Assembly (NCBI GenBank): GCA_025786725.1
Contig: JAHLTZ010000009.1
Coordinates: 496,001 to 560,000, forward strand
Direction: 5' to 3'
Source of the DNA: Syncephalis fuscata S228
Taxonomy: Eukaryota; Fungi; Zoopagomycota
Length of the DNA stretch: 64,000 nucleotides
Positions 1 through 12,680 of the stretch are shown here, one piece after another. A model generated the notes under the pieces. That model made no database searches, was not told the DNA's origin, and saw only the letters and a program-made list of their open reading frames with translations. Every line of letters begins with the position of its first letter. Within the stretch, counting starts at the first letter, position 1. Both the position numbers and the translations under genes were made by a program.

Positions 1-655
1 AACATATTTATATTCATAAATTTTTTGGTAATTGCCGAATTATTATATGGATTATTCTATTCAGTATGTCATTTACAATGATTGGCAACAGTTTGATACT
101 GCTTCAAAAGACCTATCTGGTGCTTTGTCGACAAAATGGATACTTTATATTAGTATTCCATTTATAATGGCACAGCTCGCCTTTGTCCCATTACAATTTG
201 TTATAGTTTTTTACTTTAGAAGAAAAAGTTGGTTGTATGGATTACTCCCTCAGGCTTTCTATGGTATTGGTTTCTAGTTAATGTGCCAATCAATGTGCTA
301 TTCTCTGTTATCTTTTGCCACATTGCTTTAAAGCAGTATCGTTTATTTGGATCAGATGCATGGAAGAAATTGGCACGCGATGGAATACAAGTAATGGCTT
401 TGGCCACGTTATGCAATACTCTTGTTCAATAACTCCTATTATGCCTATAAGCAAAGCCTATTCTGACGAATTTTTCATCATAGATTGGTAAGTAATGATA
501 AATAGTTGTTTATATAAAACTAACATAAAAATAGGATGTTTGTTACAACAATACTAATCAATCATTGCAAAAATGCATCCAGAAATATTGGCTTTGCACA
601 CCAACCAAAAACCGATTACATACTTAATTTATCTCAAATTGCTACTACAAAATAA
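1..655 (+). pseudogene. Orphan 7-TM GPCR-like family, subtype A, copy A1 (5'-truncated by window edge, frameshifted)
   Basis: Clear paralog of 11284/25901 copies (KQYRLFGSDAWKKLARDG). Intron 488-534; exon 2 ends ...SQIATTK-TAA at 655. At least three 1-nt deletions relative to paralogs, which may be sequencing errors. Confidence 0.75.
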
Positions 656-1066
656 TTTGTTAATAAATATGCGTATTAGCATTCGTGTTATAAGCAAACC
701 TTTAAATTAGCAACTTAATTATGTGTAAAGCTTTATAAATAGAATATACTTGTTTTTATTTGTTGTAATTATGTGTTGAAATAGTGCTTGCTAGCATAGA
801 TTATTTATCACGGAAACAGGTGTAATAATAAACATGTGATTAATAAAATAATGAATACAACAAAAGCATATATATTATTTAGCATCGAATTTCAGTACAC
901 TATAGAGCATATCACCAGTAAATTAATAATTTTATTAATAAAACGACACTTTAATCAAATTACTATTTAAAATTGCTATATTTATTTTCTTTATAAATTA
1001 GCTGATGTAAATAGGTGATGGGCAAACTTTTTAAATAAATGAAAAACAATATCAATATATTCTAAA

Positions 1067-2818
1067 AATAAGCTATATGTCTTAATATATTATTTATTAT
1101 AATTATTGTTGATAGAATGCTTATCGCGTGAGCTATTTGAACGATGGTGCCCAGATACAAAAATGGTGTTATTATTACTGGTTATTCGATCGATGGTACA
1201 TTGGCCAAGGTAATTGTATTTAATCACCATCTAATAGCTTATTAACATTGCTATTAGCATATCCTTAGTGAACCGTCTGAAATACAATCAATGGCCGGTG
1301 CTAAGCTGCCACTACGCATGTCGGTCGACTACATTTCCTTTTCAGCTCACGTTGATTTTACGCAAAACAGCAGTTTATTGAAGAGGTTGATGCACCAAAT
1401 CTAGTAGTCACATATAGCAAGTTGGCATTAGATATAGCTAATTACGACTAGGTATTGGTCCACGGTGATGCAAATGCTATGCATCGACTACGCAATGCAT
1501 GGAAAGCCGCTACAAAGAACGCAACAAGCCGGTCAACATCTACACGCCGCGTAACTGCGAGACAGTACAGCTTCATTTTCGAGGCGAAAAGCGTGCCAAG
1601 GTACTACTGATATTGGAGCACACTGAATCAAACACTAATACGGCAATTTAATGGTTTATTGCCATGCTAGACGGTAGGGAAATTGGCCGAAAAAATGCCT
1701 ATTGAAGACCAATTGATATCGGGTGTCATGGTGGCAAAAGACTACCAGTACAGCATTATGGCATCGATGGATCTGGAAGATTTAGTGGTCTATCGACAAG
1801 TAGAATCCGCCAACGCATGAGCATTCCATGTCGTGCAACTCTATCATTGGTGCGCTATCAACTGCAGCAAATGTACGGCGCCATTGATGAATCTAGACTG
1901 AATCTCGAATCAGCCAATAATGATTGGTCAAAGCCGGCTACCGTCAAATATACCGTAAGTAGGACGATGATCTTTCTATTGCTTATTGACCATTTATATC
2001 GATGTTGCAGATTATGAATGCCGTCGATCTAATTCCCGGTCCAGATTCTGGCACTATGACGCTCGAATGGGCTGCGTCGCCAGTTAATGACATGGTTGCC
2101 GACTCGATAGTGGCCCTTTTATTGGGTGTTGTCGATACTAGTCCGGCCTCAGTTAAATGTACGCTACTGGGAAAACACATACCGGTTCTAACGCCTTTTT
2201 AATGTACCATTTAGTGGCCGGCCAATCAGGATCCTGCTGTTCTTCCCCTCAAGCCTCTTCCATTACAGAGATGGACGTCAAGGAGGAAGCGGAAGAAAAG
2301 GAAGAAGAAGAAGCTTTAAAACAGACTATTAAGACTGAAATTAAAGATGATGAAAATGCAGACTTGGCCGCTGCTAAAAAGGAGGCAAAAGCAGAAGCCA
2401 CCGATGCTGCTAATGGCCTCAATGCTATTGCGTCAAAGGCACGTCGATCCGGCGGAGATAGCATTGATACGGCAGGCTGGGCAACCTTTTTGCGTGAACA
2501 ATTCGACAATGTTGAAATCAAATCACATCCATCCCGTATTCGTATCGCTATTGATGACGTGTCGGCCGAAATCAATTTAACAAATTTGGTAAGTAAAGGA
2601 AGGCAAACAAGCAAGCTAATAAACTAACGACACATTAATGTCTATATGGATATGTATATCTATATCTGTTCGCCTTATATCCCTTCTACTTAAATGATTA
2701 CAAACACTATCAACAACCATGCAGTGCATTTCAACAACATCCCTTGAATTCCGAAAGCGGCTCGAGCCAGTTGTACAACGAATTGCACTTACACTACAAC
2801 CTATTGAATGATTTGTTT
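1067..2818 (+). pseudogene. Inverted partial duplicate of the 3' half of YSH1 (no start or catalytic N-terminus)
   Basis: Reverse complement of 12674-14433. Identical ORF translations at 2157-2627 and 12865-13335. Begins inside a YSH1 intron; about five 1-nt deletions in its first 750 bp. Confidence 0.9.
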
Positions 2819-3189
2819 TTTTGGTTTTGATTCAAAAAGTAAATTTACTCTTTTGGATAATCAAAACATAACGAACACCACTAAAATGGAAGTCTCGTGT
2901 AATGGCATGGCATTAAAAGAACCGCATGGTTACACTATACGCAAAACGCCATCATAGCAAAGGGTGGGATTTTCGTTGCGGCCGCATATACATCATTGCT
3001 TGTTTGTCCGCTGTCTATCTCTGGCTACCTGCCTTTTCGCTGTCTATCGATCATGCATTTCATTGCCTTTTCTATGAATAACTGTTAATATCAAGGACAA
3101 ACGTGTGCTGCTGCTGCTGCGCTGCTTTTATAGCCAATCTTTTGATGCTACCATGCACCAATAAACTGTTTCTTCCTAAGCTAGTACTA

Positions 3190-3207
3190 TTTATTTATTA
3201 TTACTAC

Positions 3208-3239
<32 letters not shown>

Positions 3240-3305
3240 GCATTATTATCACGGCTACTACTAATACTAATACTTTTATTATTGTTGTTGTTGCTGCTGT
3301 TGTGG
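3190..3305. repeat. Low-complexity (TTA/CTA/GTT)n microsatellite tract upstream of 7TM-RGS gene
   Basis: Direct reading: ttattattattattag, ctactactaatact, gttgttgttgctgctg. Confidence 0.7.
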
Positions 3306-3341
3306 CCGTAGCAGTAATTATTTGTTTGATAGCAACTAGCC

Positions 3342-5114
3342 ATGTTTATCGAAGAAGAATGGTCGTTGGCGACAATTCTATCTATTATTATACCGGCGGT
3401 ACTATACTATCTTATCACACTGACTGTCTACGGCATCCAGTCGCGTAACTATCCTATCTACTTTGCACCGCGCTCTCCGCTGCTTACGATATGTGCCTCA
3501 CTACTTGGATTTTGTATCAGCTTTATAGGCGTTTTACGCCGATACAATATGCATTGGATACCTTGTCTTGCTGTCCATTGGGTTATGTATATAGGATTTA
3601 TTAGTTGGCAATTATTGATAGCAGCGCGTGCCTATCGTCTCTATTGTGCTATTAATCGACATGCTTTTTTAGTTGAAATAGCACCTTGGCAGGTTAATAA
3701 TACTGGTTATCTTGATGCATCTTGGATTAAACAGAATCAAAGCAAGCGGACCGAAAGACGTTTTTATATCGCAATTGGTGCAACCATTCTTGTCACAGCC
3801 ATTGTTGCACTGGTAATTCAAATAATCATTGGAAATAATGCAAAGCTAGCCCTTGAAGATTATTTGTATAGTGATCCAAAGACCCATATTCTTTACTATA
3901 TACGTTGTCGTGCAATGGTATGGAATATCTATCCATTTTTTACTATTTGGGGTCTTATTATGATGTATACCGTGCCTGCTGGTATTTATTATTTGCGTCA
4001 TTATCCAGATCATTTTGGCATCCGCATGGAGTTGGCGGCCATTAGTGTTATAACTTTAATAACTTTTATTGGCTATTTGGCATGGAGTATTATTGAAAAG
4101 AGAATATCACTACTTTGGCCCGGCGGCATGTTTATTATTACCCATAGTATTAGTACATTAATGCCACTTTATGAAGCATGGAAACGACAAAGACTAGCAA
4201 AACTTGTAACAAATGTAAAGTTTGAAGAAACGTTTAATTGCGATAATGATGTGTGGCGGGCATTTTGTCAATACGCTGCGCGTGATTTCTGTGCTGAAAA
4301 TGTATGTTTTGTTGAGCAATACCGCAAGTTAATTCAACGCACCGAACAAGCAATTATTGCAGAATGTGACGAGAACGACGATGTTGCCTCGCAACCATCA
4401 ATGTCGACAGAACAGAATCGGCATTGTCGTCGTTCGTCATCATTGCAGCTACATACATCCTATGCAAAACGACTCTATAGTCGACTGTTACACATATCAC
4501 GGGATGGTATTTCAAGCCGAGTCGACCATGGCGAGGCCAACGAGCTTATTAACATGTCGCCGTTATTGCAGCAACAGACACAGCGGCAGCCACGTAAGAT
4601 CCGTCGGCTGCTTTCGGCAGACAATGCAAAAAATAGTACAACTTTTGACACGAGCGCGTTTAATGCGTCAGTATTAGCCGAGACTGCATTGCCGAACATG
4701 TCCGCACTACCGATGCAACAGCGCCCACATTCACAATCACTACCATCAGGTGCAAACACTACTGCCACCGGTGATGAAAAACTCGCCTTTACCGGCGCTA
4801 GTGTGGCGGATATCGACCAGAGAGCAATTCCATTATCGGATCAACCCGACGCTCAAGTACCAATGTCGCTTATTTCTGCTTATCGCGTGCTATTCGAGAC
4901 GTTTATTGTGGATGGTGCACCATTGCAGCTTAACATTTCACATGCAGCACGTGTACGGGCGACAAGTAAAATCCGAAGCTACGCCTATACTATTGGCATG
5001 TACGCCGAGGTATACGCTGAAATCAAATGGTCATTATGGATCAATACGTTTCCCAAATTCCTTCAGGCCTACGAACGAGATCTGATAGCAGCCAACGATG
5101 TTATGCCGAGATAG
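3342..5114 (+). CDS. 7-TM receptor fused to C-terminal RGS domain (GprK/AtRGS1-like), intronless, 590 aa
   Basis: Seven hydrophobic helices in residues ~10-280. RGS motifs AFCQYAARDFCAENVCFVEQY and FETFIVDGAPLQLNIS...EIKWSLWINTFPKFL, separated by a long low-complexity insert. Confidence 0.85.
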   Translation: MFIEEEWSLATILSIIIPAVLYYLITLTVYGIQSRNYPIYFAPRSPLLTICASLLGFCISFIGVLRRYNMHWIPCLAVHWVMYIGFISWQLLIAARAYRLYCAINRHAFLVEIAPWQVNNTGYLDASWIKQNQSKRTERRFYIAIGATILVTAIVALVIQIIIGNNAKLALEDYLYSDPKTHILYYIRCRAMVWNIYPFFTIWGLIMMYTVPAGIYYLRHYPDHFGIRMELAAISVITLITFIGYLAWSIIEKRISLLWPGGMFIITHSISTLMPLYEAWKRQRLAKLVTNVKFEETFNCDNDVWRAFCQYAARDFCAENVCFVEQYRKLIQRTEQAIIAECDENDDVASQPSMSTEQNRHCRRSSSLQLHTSYAKRLYSRLLHISRDGISSRVDHGEANELINMSPLLQQQTQRQPRKIRRLLSADNAKNSTTFDTSAFNASVLAETALPNMSALPMQQRPHSQSLPSGANTTATGDEKLAFTGASVADIDQRAIPLSDQPDAQVPMSLISAYRVLFETFIVDGAPLQLNISHAARVRATSKIRSYAYTIGMYAEVYAEIKWSLWINTFPKFLQAYERDLIAANDVMPR

Positions 5115-6468
5115 CGATCAAGGCCGAAAATAATATAGTGCGACCTGTTAACGAACGGTAGCCGGTATAGTTTGCAATACCATTGCTCGAAACCTATCAG
5201 TGTATGGCATTCTAGATTGCCAATATTTCAAGGGGCAATATCGCCGGTGCCTTTGCTCGATTCAAGGAGAGTGCTCCATAGTACCGCTAAAATGGTTGCA
5301 AGCCATGCAAATTTGGTATAATGTTTGTGGCCCCTTAAATTTAAAAATATGTATTGGTCTGTTCTAGAATTCTATTACCTCAGAAAGCGGATACCAATCG
5401 TTAGCGTGCGAAATATGCACTGTAAATATCATGGACTTAGTCCTGATATCTACTAAATACTTGCATCCATTGGTTATTATTTTATTTTTATTCTATTTTT
5501 TTATTTTCAATCATGTATTCATGTAACAATTAGCTGATGTATTAACTAATAAAGTGCTTCATTTTCTACACCTTTGTTTGTTGGGAAAATACAAAATTTA
5601 TTAGTTACTTCATGGGCTTAAATGGACCATGTGGGCTTGAGATGCGTGTAGTATGCAATGAAGCTATTCAAGGATCACGTGTGAACGCTGTTACCATAGC
5701 TTTTACCTAGGCAGTAACTAATATTAGCGGTCAGTCAGCAAATAGACCATTAACTACTACTAGACTGCCAAGTTCATTTTAATAGCTTAATGCGCTACAG
5801 CATACGAATCAGTTAAACGTTACCATGTGTTGCAGCTCGGCAATTACATCGAATCGATAGCTAGCCTAGACTGAAACTAACATATCCGGTAAACTACACG
5901 GGGCATTATGATTGTTTTTTAACGCTAAGTTACCCAGTATCAATGTAGATGGTTGTAATGGAAATTCGGCAAAAGAGATGGTAATTACTCAATAAAAATA
6001 TCAGTAATTTATTCCTGACTCTTGTGAATAGCTAGGCCTTATTGATGGTACTACACTTAAATTCAATAGCCATCATTATAACATAGTATGGCAGAATCGA
6101 TACAGTACTGTAGTGCATGCCCTTCCATAGCCATTATGAAACTCAAAGGCCCTACTCTACGATATGCCATTAGTCAAGACCAAAAACGTGTTCATAATTT
6201 CGGCCAATTTTTCTATGAACAGCATGCCACTCGTGCTTGTTTCCCGACTTGTTTCCATTATCTCTTCACTTGTGTTTCTATTTTGTTAAATAAGAGCAAC
6301 GCTTTAGCCGTTGAACTTATCCCACCATTATTATCATTCAACAGTATTTTAGTACATGCACGGGCACGTAACTTCAGTAAATTATATACAAGTCGTTATT
6401 CTTTTTTGTTATCTAGTCTTTTTATTTGCTTAATTTATTTAGTATTTTAAAATGGAATACAGCTTGCC

Positions 6469-8235
6469 ATGGCCTCGCGAATTCACGCTATATATTTGCT
6501 ATATCCTCCTGTCTTTTACTTAATTACATTGGCACTATATTTGTATCAATTCTGGCAATGTCCTAAATATTTCAAAGCTCGATCGCCATGGCTTACAGTG
6601 TGTGCATCAATAATTGGTTTAGTAATAACAGCTTTTACTTTTCTACGGCAATACTCAAATAGCACTATACCTTGTCAGGTTATGCTTTGGGTAAACAATC
6701 TTGGTTTTATCGCCTGGCAGGCACTGATGGTCACTCGTACCTATCGTCTATTTTGGACGATGCGTCGCCATAGCGATCTTGTCAAGGCAGCCCCTTGGCA
6801 AGTAAATAATACTGGCTATTTGGATGCTTCTTTAGAAAAGAAGTATAAAGATCGCACCAGCGAATGGCGCTCCTACTCATTCTTAATAGCAATGTTGATA
6901 ATTGCCGCAGTTGTTATTATAACAGTTCAGGCTGTAGGGAAAAAAGAAGATAAAGATTTAAACAGATCTGTTAATAACACTCGTCGCCAGCTAAACCAAG
7001 ATGACGGCACGGAAGACAACCACAGCGCGGAAAACAGCCACAGCTATTGGGCAGAATGTCATTTGCCCGAATGGCATCGATATCCATTGCTTGTCATTTG
7101 GGGCATAGTCATAGTGTATACCGTATTTAGCGGTCTATTTAAACCAAGTCAACTGCGAGAAAACCTTATTATACGTCTCGAATTGATCGCAATTTATTTG
7201 ATTACCATTGTTATATATGTGTGCTATATTGTTTGGTGTGCAAAAGATTCCCATTTCACTATGAGATGGCCATGCGCCATGTATGTAATTACACATATCA
7301 TCAGCGTGGTTGTACCGTTATACGAAGTGTGGAGACGTCGCCGTCTGATACACAAAGTAACTAGCATTGAATTTGATGAAGCCTTGGAGCGCAATGACAG
7401 CGTGTGGCATGCGTTTCAGCGTTATGCAGCTTTTGACTTGTGTGCTGAAAGCGTTTGTTTCATCGAGTCTTATCGCAAATTAATGGCTCAAGTTAACGAA
7501 CATAAAGAAACTTTATTTAAAAAGGGAACGAAATCTTCAATTAAAGCACACAGCCGATTACGGCGAGGCTTTGAGGAGACGGATCAGCTTGAGTACGAAA
7601 ATACTAAATCGTCCTCATCGCTTCCATCGTCCTCACCACCAGGCTATACTCAGCGTGTATTCCAACGACTACGTCGATTTACACTCGACTCAGTGCCGCC
7701 CAGCACGACGAGTGAGAACAACCAGCTGGTCTGTGTTTCACCGCACTCAGAGACAAGCGATAGCAACAGCCATCAGTGCAACTTTCCCTCTGCCGACTAC
7801 GGCATAACAGCTATACCTCCAAGCCCGGCATCCTTGTCACGTGTCATGGGTCTTTCTACCACCAATGAGAGTTCTTCAGAATTTAAATCACCCCATAATA
7901 GCATGGAATCGATTAGTAGGGCATCTGAAGCATCATTAAAGTCATCCAATTCAATGGCTTCATTGGCTACAGCGCATCAGTTACCACGCGTGTTAATACC
8001 AGCATACCGTGGCATTTTTGAAACTTACATTCGAGACGGTGCCACTCTTCAGCTTAATATTACCTATGCGGCAAAGACAAATGTTACGAATCGTGTTCGC
8101 GAATACGCATATACATTCGACATGTACGATGAAATATACGCCGAGATCAAATGGTCGCTTTGGACCAATACATTTCCTAGGTTTATTGAAACCTATAGAC
8201 AGGATTTGACTTCAGCCAATATAGCAACAGTGTAG
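6469..8235 (+). CDS. 7TM-RGS protein, tandem paralog of 3342-5114, intronless, 588 aa
   Basis: Shared motifs RSP-LT, IPC, APWQVNNTGYLDAS, AFQRYAAFDLCAESVCFIESY, FETYIRDGATLQLNIT, EIKWSLWTNTFPRF. Confidence 0.85.
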   Translation: MASRIHAIYLLYPPVFYLITLALYLYQFWQCPKYFKARSPWLTVCASIIGLVITAFTFLRQYSNSTIPCQVMLWVNNLGFIAWQALMVTRTYRLFWTMRRHSDLVKAAPWQVNNTGYLDASLEKKYKDRTSEWRSYSFLIAMLIIAAVVIITVQAVGKKEDKDLNRSVNNTRRQLNQDDGTEDNHSAENSHSYWAECHLPEWHRYPLLVIWGIVIVYTVFSGLFKPSQLRENLIIRLELIAIYLITIVIYVCYIVWCAKDSHFTMRWPCAMYVITHIISVVVPLYEVWRRRRLIHKVTSIEFDEALERNDSVWHAFQRYAAFDLCAESVCFIESYRKLMAQVNEHKETLFKKGTKSSIKAHSRLRRGFEETDQLEYENTKSSSSLPSSSPPGYTQRVFQRLRRFTLDSVPPSTTSENNQLVCVSPHSETSDSNSHQCNFPSADYGITAIPPSPASLSRVMGLSTTNESSSEFKSPHNSMESISRASEASLKSSNSMASLATAHQLPRVLIPAYRGIFETYIRDGATLQLNITYAAKTNVTNRVREYAYTFDMYDEIYAEIKWSLWTNTFPRFIETYRQDLTSANIATV

Positions 8236-8991
8236 TCTCAGCACCATTTATTTACTTTTCCTTTTAGAATCTGCACACATTAGCAATGTTTTTTTTAAAA
8301 AAAAACTCACAAATTTATTATTGTTTACTTGGCTACAAGGCCAGTTTAAAACAAAACCGTCAACTGTTTTCTTTAATTTATTAATACATGTGTATTACAC
8401 CATATTATTTTACTCAGTGTTGTCATTAGTGTTATGTAAAACCGTTTTTTATTAAACAAATAAAAACAATGCTAATAAGAACAAGAGTCAATTTACTCCA
8501 AATGTTAACGTATCATAAAACAATACATCGGTAATATAGCGAATATGTTAAAAGGATAGATTTTGTTTGACACCAAAGCTCAATATATTATAAAAATATT
8601 ATTAGTAAAATAGTGCATTTATTAATAAAATGGGATTTTAAAATAAGTATCATTTTAAAGTTGCTAGCTTTGTCTAGTATTCATATAACTAGACTAAGGC
8701 GTGGCTAACGATATATTTTAGGACATAAAGCAATTGACCACTAGTTTAACAAACATAAGACACCTGTTTTGTTTATTAAACTTACTATTTTCACTTAAAG
8801 TGTTGTTTACTGCTAGTTTAAATATAATTACATATTTATCTAACATTAACTAGTGGCATTTTATTAAATACGTTTTGTATATAAACAGTTGTATATTTTA
8901 TTAAAGATTTAAATTACTTTAATACTTATTGTCTATATGCAATTTGTATTCAAATAAGCTATGTATACATGCAATATGTCACAGCAGTTAT

Positions 8992-9966
8992 TTATTTTGC
9001 AGTAGCAATTTGTGACAAGTGAAGTATATGGTAAGTTCTAGGACGATAGGCAGAATGATTTTCATTGCCCATATTTTGACAGTGTCTAATCAATATGGCT
9101 GCAACGATCATCCTATAAATATATTAGATATATACATACAATTAATTGCTAATGCTTACCAGTCGATGGGAAAAAGTATATCGCTATTAGCATTGTCGAA
9201 ACGACTAATTATAAGGGTGCAACAAATAAGATTGGTTAATAATGCCAGACATACTGTCTGTATCCCATCCCGTGCTAGTCGTTTCCATGCATCAGATCCA
9301 AATAAGCGGTATTGATTGAAAGTAACACGGCAGAATATGATTGAAAAAAACACGTTGATGGGTGCATTTACTCCAATCCAGTACCAAAGCAAAATAGGTG
9401 GATAGTAGCCTTCACAGCCAAGTTTCGCTTTCAAAACGAAGAAACCGTAGTATATCAAAATAAAAGCATAACCCATTTGCGGCAATATAAGGAGAATGCC
9501 AACATAAATAATCCACTTTTTTTGATAGAGAACCAAGCGAACTTTTAAAAGAAGAATCAAACTATTTAAAATCATTCCTAGCGAAGTAAAAAACCCGGCT
9601 GACCATATAAGCATTCTACAATTAATGACATAGCCCATCAACATGATTATACATTATGTTATACAAAGTACCAATGACAGCGAGTAGTAAACAGCACCAT
9701 GAAAACATACTACGCGGTCGCGATATGGTCATTTTGGTAGTTATAACAATATTGTGTACAAAAATACAAAGCAATATAGTGGAAAATATCATTTGAATTT
9801 GTATGCCTGATAAGCGAAGACGCTGTTTGTCGATATGACCTGAAGCATCCATTAAAAAATCAGGCACGCTTATTTCACCAAGTGGATTAAGCGGAATACC
9901 CCATTGCTTTGTAGCATTATGCCTCCATTCAGTTTGCGTTGGATCGGTATAATTAATAAACGGCAT
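8992..9966 (-). CDS. Orphan 7-TM family subtype B, copy B1 (one frameshift near 9645; pseudogene or error)
   Basis: MPFINYTDPTQTEWRH start at 9966. Intron 9159-9113; exon 2 ends SQIATAK-TAA at 8992. About 2 nt shorter than the intact 28197 copy near 9645. Confidence 0.75.
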
Positions 9967-10614
9967 TTGCGATTTTGTAAATAATATATTAGTAGTATAT
10001 AAATGGCTAGGTAATAGAGATACAGTCGCATAAATTTAAATGTTTCATAGTGAGATATTTGGGACAAAGAGCATTACCAGTTTTATTCCTTGTGCATGTT
10101 AACTGATGCAGTGCACGGGTGTGCAGTCAAATATGCACATGACATTAACTACAGCACTACACATAATCTAAAGCTGGCTGCAATCCCAAGTTGCATAATG
10201 TTAATAATAAGTAGAATACTAAAATTAAACATAATACTGTGCCACAGCAGCATTATAACATTAATGCTCACGAATAATAGATAGAAAATAAACTTATTAA
10301 ATGTTTGTAGGATTTACATCTAGCAGAAATACAACAGCAGCATGTATAACCATGGCATGCATTGTGCCGTTTTTAGTAATTTTAGACTGGTAATTGGCAT
10401 AGCTCACTTGAGTGCTTGCTTAATGATAGGTGATTTCTATGTTTAGACACCATGTATGTCTGGAATTGACTTGTCTTAAAAACCTAAAGACAAAGTCACG
10501 TATTGCTATCACAGTACAGTTGCTTAGGTAGATTATCAGAATTAAATTAAATGAATACTATTGTAAACAAGTACTATACTATTGTGCATGTTCTAATTTC
10601 TATTCTACAGTTTT

Positions 10615-11040
10615 AATATAAAGCAAAAATAAAGCTCAACGCCTGCTATGCTAAAGACGTTGTCTATTGACTAGAATGTGTGCTAATTGTGACTATTTCG
10701 CAACAGCATCAGTTACTCAATACGATTGTCATAATTGATATGCTTTGTCTAGCCTTTCATACTAGTCACACTGGCTTTTTATCTTAAAAACTGGCCATTC
10801 ACTTTAGTGGAACTGACCTTTTTGTGGTATTTATAGCCATCCGATAACCAACATCCATATAGCACAGAATGACTAATTAACTGCGTAGTTATATTATGAT
10901 TTAATCAAAAACTAATGGTTTTACATGGTCAGTTTTAGTAGCCACAAATGCCATTGCAACTTAGTATAATGCAGCGATCCGTTGAGGCCTTTGCTTTTAG
11001 TGGTGTGCAGCTGGCTATTCTTCTGTCATGTGGCTCATGA
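10615..11040 (+). repeat. Near-invariant ~430-bp non-coding block upstream of subtype A genes, copy 1 (probable shared promoter)
   Basis: Almost identical sequence at ~25222-25650, 28847-29275, 37262-37690 and 61352-61780. Confidence 0.85.
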
Positions 11041-11283
11041 GCGGATATCATATACATACAGCTATTCACTTCAGTATTATCGTGGCACATGCAACAATTT
11101 CAAGATGCATGACAGGTTTATGACAATAGATAATTGGTCCGTTCATATTATAGCCAGCACTTGATGGCTACAAGGCGTACTTCCTAGTTGTATCCACACT
11201 CTTTCAACTATTTGACCAAAGTTTTTATTAACACACACTAACACATTTATTATTGTATATTGTATTATTGCTATATATATATA

Positions 11284-12260
11284 ATGCCAGTCATTAATTA
11301 TAACAGCCCGAAATATACTGAATGGATTAACAGCGACATAAAACAATGGGGAATTCGCCTTCATCCACTTGGTGAAATGCGTATATATGATTTTTTTATG
11401 GAAGCTTCTGGAGATATTAATAAACAACGTCTTCGATTGTTTGGTATATATACCCAAACTGTAATATTGGCTATAGCATTTTTTATATTTGCACGCAATC
11501 TTGTTATTGCCAGCAAAATGGTCATATCACAACCTCATAGCATGATATCCTGGTGCTGTTTTATTCCTTCTATTTGGGGCATTATAACTAGTCTAACTAT
11601 TATATTTATGGTATTGAATTCCCTTAGTAATTGCCGAATTATTATATGGATTATTCTATTCAGTATATCATTTACAATAGCTAGCAACAGTTTGATACTG
11701 CTTCAAAAGACCTATCTGGTGCTTTGTCGACAAAAATGGATATTTTATATTAGTATTCCATTTATAATGGCACAGCTCGCCTATGCCCCCATTGTAATTT
11801 GTTGTGAATTTGCCATTATAGAAGAAAAAATTGGTTGTGCAAATTACTATCCTCAGTTTGTTCTTTGGTATTGGTTTTTAATCAATGTACCAATCAATAT
11901 ATTATTTTCGTCTATTTTTTGCTACGTTTCTCTAAAGCAGTATCGTTTATTTGGATCAGAGGCATGGAGGAAATTGGCACTAGATGGAATACAAGCAATG
12001 GCTTTGGCCACGTTATGCAACACTCTCTGTTCAATATTTCCTATCATGCCTATAAGCAAAGCCTATTCTGACAACTTCTTCGTCATAGACTGGTAAGTAA
12101 TAGCAAATGGTAGCGTATATAAAACTAATATGCACACAGGATGGTTGTTACAACAATATTAATTCATCATTGCAAAAATACAGGCAAAAATACAGACTCT
12201 GCACACCATCCAAAAACTAATCATATCCTTAATTTATCTCAAATTGCTACTGCAAAATAA
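11284..12260 (+). CDS. Orphan 7-TM family subtype A, copy A2 (intact, 2 exons)
   Basis: ATG 11284 (MPVINYNSPK). Intron 12093-12139 GT-AG splits the Trp codon of D-W; stop 12258-12260. Seven hydrophobic segments. Confidence 0.85.
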
Positions 12261-12680
12261 TTTGTTAATAAATATGTGTGTTAACATTTGTGTTATCATA
12301 AATTATTTTTAAATTAACCAAATAAAAATAAATATATGTTGTAATTTTATTTTTATTTTAAACATTTATGTTTTTAATATAATTTATTACGTAATAATAT
12401 AAAATGGCATACATATGTTGTGTGATTGAAACATTTTATTTACATTAATAAATTGTAATAAAATAAACTTTTAAAGTAGAAATAAGCTGCTATACAATAT
12501 ATATATATATACTAGTATAATGACAAAAAACTGATTGTTTATATTGTGGATTTGTCTCGTTGGTAATTCAAAACTTGATTCCAATTTCAACTATTGTTAG
12601 TAGCATCTAGTGTTTTTTATATGGTTAAAACAGTATTTTGATTACTCAATAAAGTAAGTTTATTTTTAAATTTAAACAAA

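Noticed and set aside
2249-2614. Antisense and alternate-frame ORFs over YSH1, RGS, INO1, LPMO and 7-TM genes
   Set aside because: Shadows of real coding sequence with no independent support.
10982-11164. Repeated 60-aa ORF (also at 29216) as a small gene in the conserved block
   Set aside because: TTG start, and it is cut short by a TGA in the 25.6, 37.6 and 61.7 kb copies.
8992-12260. Receptor cassette as a transposon
   Set aside because: No transposase or RT motifs, terminal repeats or target-site duplications seen; boundaries differ between copies.
11284-12260. 7-TM family as opsins or Ste2/Ste3 pheromone receptors
   Set aside because: No retinal-binding Lys in TM7 and no Ste2/Ste3 motifs that I can recognise.
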